From contig OZ244939.1 of assembly GCA_965222235.1 (NCBI GenBank), positions 7,924-71,923 on the forward strand: 64,000 bases of DNA, in the 5' to 3' direction. The position numbers were made by a program, and so were the translations under genes. The notes beneath the pieces are model-generated. The model worked only from the letters and a program-made list of their open reading frames with translations. It had not been told where the DNA came from and did not search any database. The DNA comes from Minisyncoccota bacterium (GTDB lineage Bacteria > Patescibacteriota > Minisyncoccia > Phycocordibacterales > JABAAK01). Of the stretch, positions 62,527 through 64,000 are shown one piece after another (within the stretch, counting starts at the first letter, position 1; each line of letters begins with the position of its first letter).

Positions 62527-63372
62527 CTATATTTTCCACTGATCACTTTGCTCATCTTTCTTCCTCTTCCTCCAAAGCAGCGATGTGAAGATGCCGAGCA
62601 GCGTGAGAATGACGATGATAATCACCGCGGTTGAATCCTTAACCATGCCGGATCTCTCATGTTTTTCTCTTGGTGTCAGATACACTTTCTCCGTTGCCTT
62701 TGGCACATCCATACGGCGGCTGTATGCCGCTATATTTCTGTCCTGCTGCACTTCAAGTTCAGTCTGCCGTTTCTTCAGGAGGGCAATCTCAACCTCCAGA
62801 TGCTTCACCTTCCGTCGGATTTCAAAAAGAATCTTCCTCCGCTCTTCACCTTTCTCCTCAGTGATTTTTTCGTGTCGTGCGGAAATATCTTCGGGGCGCT
62901 TTTCATCCATTTTCTGGATTGAAGGGGGATTTTCGCTCACCGGTTCCGCAATTTCATTCAATTGCGGTGCCATGAGACGGTTCTTTTTCACCTTCTGAAC
63001 GCGCTCAGAAGAAGGCGTGCGCTTCTTTGCTTTGAGATACGCTATTTTTTCCTTGACAATCTCTATCTCATTGCGAAGATGCTCAATCCTTTCTTCCCGT
63101 GACACTTCCTGAGGAACGGCAGTCGTTCTTTCGGCGATTTTTCTTTCCAGGTGCTTGATTTCTCTTCGCAGCTGCACTTTCTTTTCTTCTATCCGCTCCC
63201 GTACCGTCGCCATTCGGGCGATTTCATACTGCCTCATTTTTTCAGCAGGATGAACATATCGTGCCGAAGTTATGACCAGATCCGCTGAAGCCGTGGCGGT
63301 GGTGAGAACCATCGCGGCACAGATGACAAACAGAACGGTACACGACTTCATAATGGTATAACCATTGTTCAT
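62527..63372 (-). CDS. Secreted coiled-coil protein with a C-terminal transmembrane anchor and basic tail.
   Basis: Signal peptide, a long charged coiled coil, and a C-terminal STAVIIIVILTLLGIFTSLLWRKRKKDEQ. Confidence 0.5.
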   Translation of the reverse strand: MNNGYTIMKSCTVLFVICAAMVLTTATASADLVITSARYVHPAEKMRQYEIARMATVRERIEEKKVQLRREIKHLERKIAERTTAVPQEVSREERIEHLRNEIEIVKEKIAYLKAKKRTPSSERVQKVKKNRLMAPQLNEIAEPVSENPPSIQKMDEKRPEDISARHEKITEEKGEERRKILFEIRRKVKHLEVEIALLKKRQTELEVQQDRNIAAYSRRMDVPKATEKVYLTPREKHERSGMVKDSTAVIIIVILTLLGIFTSLLWRKRKKDEQSDQWKI

Positions 63373-63636
63373 AGTGTTTTTCTTAGATGGATAATTACAG
63401 TTAAAAATAACAAGTCGACTGTAAAGATCGCATATTTATAGAAAGCTCAAAAATACACAACAGACTCTGTTGCCGTTTCTGAGATATATTATATCACACC
63501 GGGTCGCATCTTCATAATCCCAGTCTTGTCTCACGCAAAATGATACTGAACAGGGATCGTGATTCTCCTGAGGATGACCCTGAAAACGGAAAAGAAGGGC
63601 GTGAGCCCTTCTCTCCGGTCGGTAGTATGGAAATGT

Positions 63637-64000
63637 ATGACCATAACCATGCAAACCAACACTATCAATATACAGGACATTACTAACCTTTTGAACGCAT
63701 CAGAGAACAGAGAGATTCGGAGAAAAGACACAAAAGAGGAGATATACCGGTGGATACAGGATACCGTGGTGTCCGTGCGGTACCTGAGACTCGGGAAAAA
63801 GGAGAAAGGAAAGGTGCTCAGGTATCTCACTGTCTACAGTGGGTACAGCACTTCACACATCAAACGACTGGTGCGGCAGTATGCGGAAACAGGGTATGTG
63901 CGAATGAAAGGGAGAACCCAACCGATGTTTCCGGTGATCTACACCGCAGGAGATATCAGGACACTGGCAGAGACTATGGATGCCTACGGGCATCAGAACG
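63637..64000 (+). CDS. Partial ORF, transposase-like N-terminal HTH region (3' end outside the window).
   Basis: MTITMQTNTINIQDITNLLNASENREIRRKDTKEEIYRWIQDT...RYLRLGKKEKGKVLRYLTVYSGYSTSHIKRLVRQYAETGYVRMKGRTQP... has a helix-turn-helix-like character reminiscent of transposase N-termini. The call is weak. Confidence 0.3.
   Translation, partial: MTITMQTNTINIQDITNLLNASENREIRRKDTKEEIYRWIQDTVVSVRYLRLGKKEKGKVLRYLTVYSGYSTSHIKRLVRQYAETGYVRMKGRTQPMFPVIYTAGDIRTLAETMDAYGHQN

Overview
The window looks like chromosome from a moderately GC-rich (about 50-55% by eye) bacterium with reduced-genome, Gram-positive-like or CPR-like traits. Many secreted proteins carry a C-terminal transmembrane anchor with a basic tail. 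TGA acts as a stop codon, so the standard genetic code seems to apply. The contents fall into three groups.

- Low-GC island (1-6100). An AT-rich island at 1-2990, about 33% GC by eye, carries a tightly overlapping minus-strand operon: a tandem beta-grasp 'multi-ubiquitin' protein, then an E1/ThiF-like enzyme with an N-terminal extension, then a small Cys-rich protein, then a C5-cytosine DNA methyltransferase. The architecture resembles the recently described bacterial ubiquitination-like (Bil/Bub) antiviral operons. An IS30-family insertion sequence with 12-bp perfect terminal inverted repeats sits directly upstream. An SPPY-type DNA methyltransferase follows, with a 47-codon orphan ORF after it. 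A strikingly TIMP/NTR-like secreted protein is encoded convergently nearby.
- Surface module (7053-27506). An LTD-PKD-LTD surface protein is followed by two tandem giant surface proteins of 3362 and 2974 aa that share an N-terminal domain. The first carries a (Gly)15 run and long intragenic direct repeats. The second carries about eleven near-identical 201-nt tandem repeats encoding FG-GAP-like blades, followed by LamG-like domains.
- Housekeeping (27561-63372). This stretch encodes ClpB, a second low-GC methyltransferase islet, tRNA-Tyr, ribosomal proteins L33 and L25, a lytic transglycosylase, two HhH-GPD glycosylases lacking Fe-S cysteines, tandem RNase J paralogs (one with a degenerate catalytic motif), an OppA-like binding protein, SecG, GroES/GroEL, LemA-HtpX and TruB. 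It continues with a convergent tRNA-Gln/tRNA-Pro pair, a protamine/H1-like basic repeat protein, SecA, Obg, a hinge-less SMC-like ATPase next to a SET-domain protein, alanine racemase, a LOG-family protein, ribosomal proteins L27 and L9, and class I fructose-bisphosphate aldolase. A partial transposase-like ORF lies at the 3' edge.

All calls rest on motif recognition by eye and the supplied ORF track; no database search was possible.
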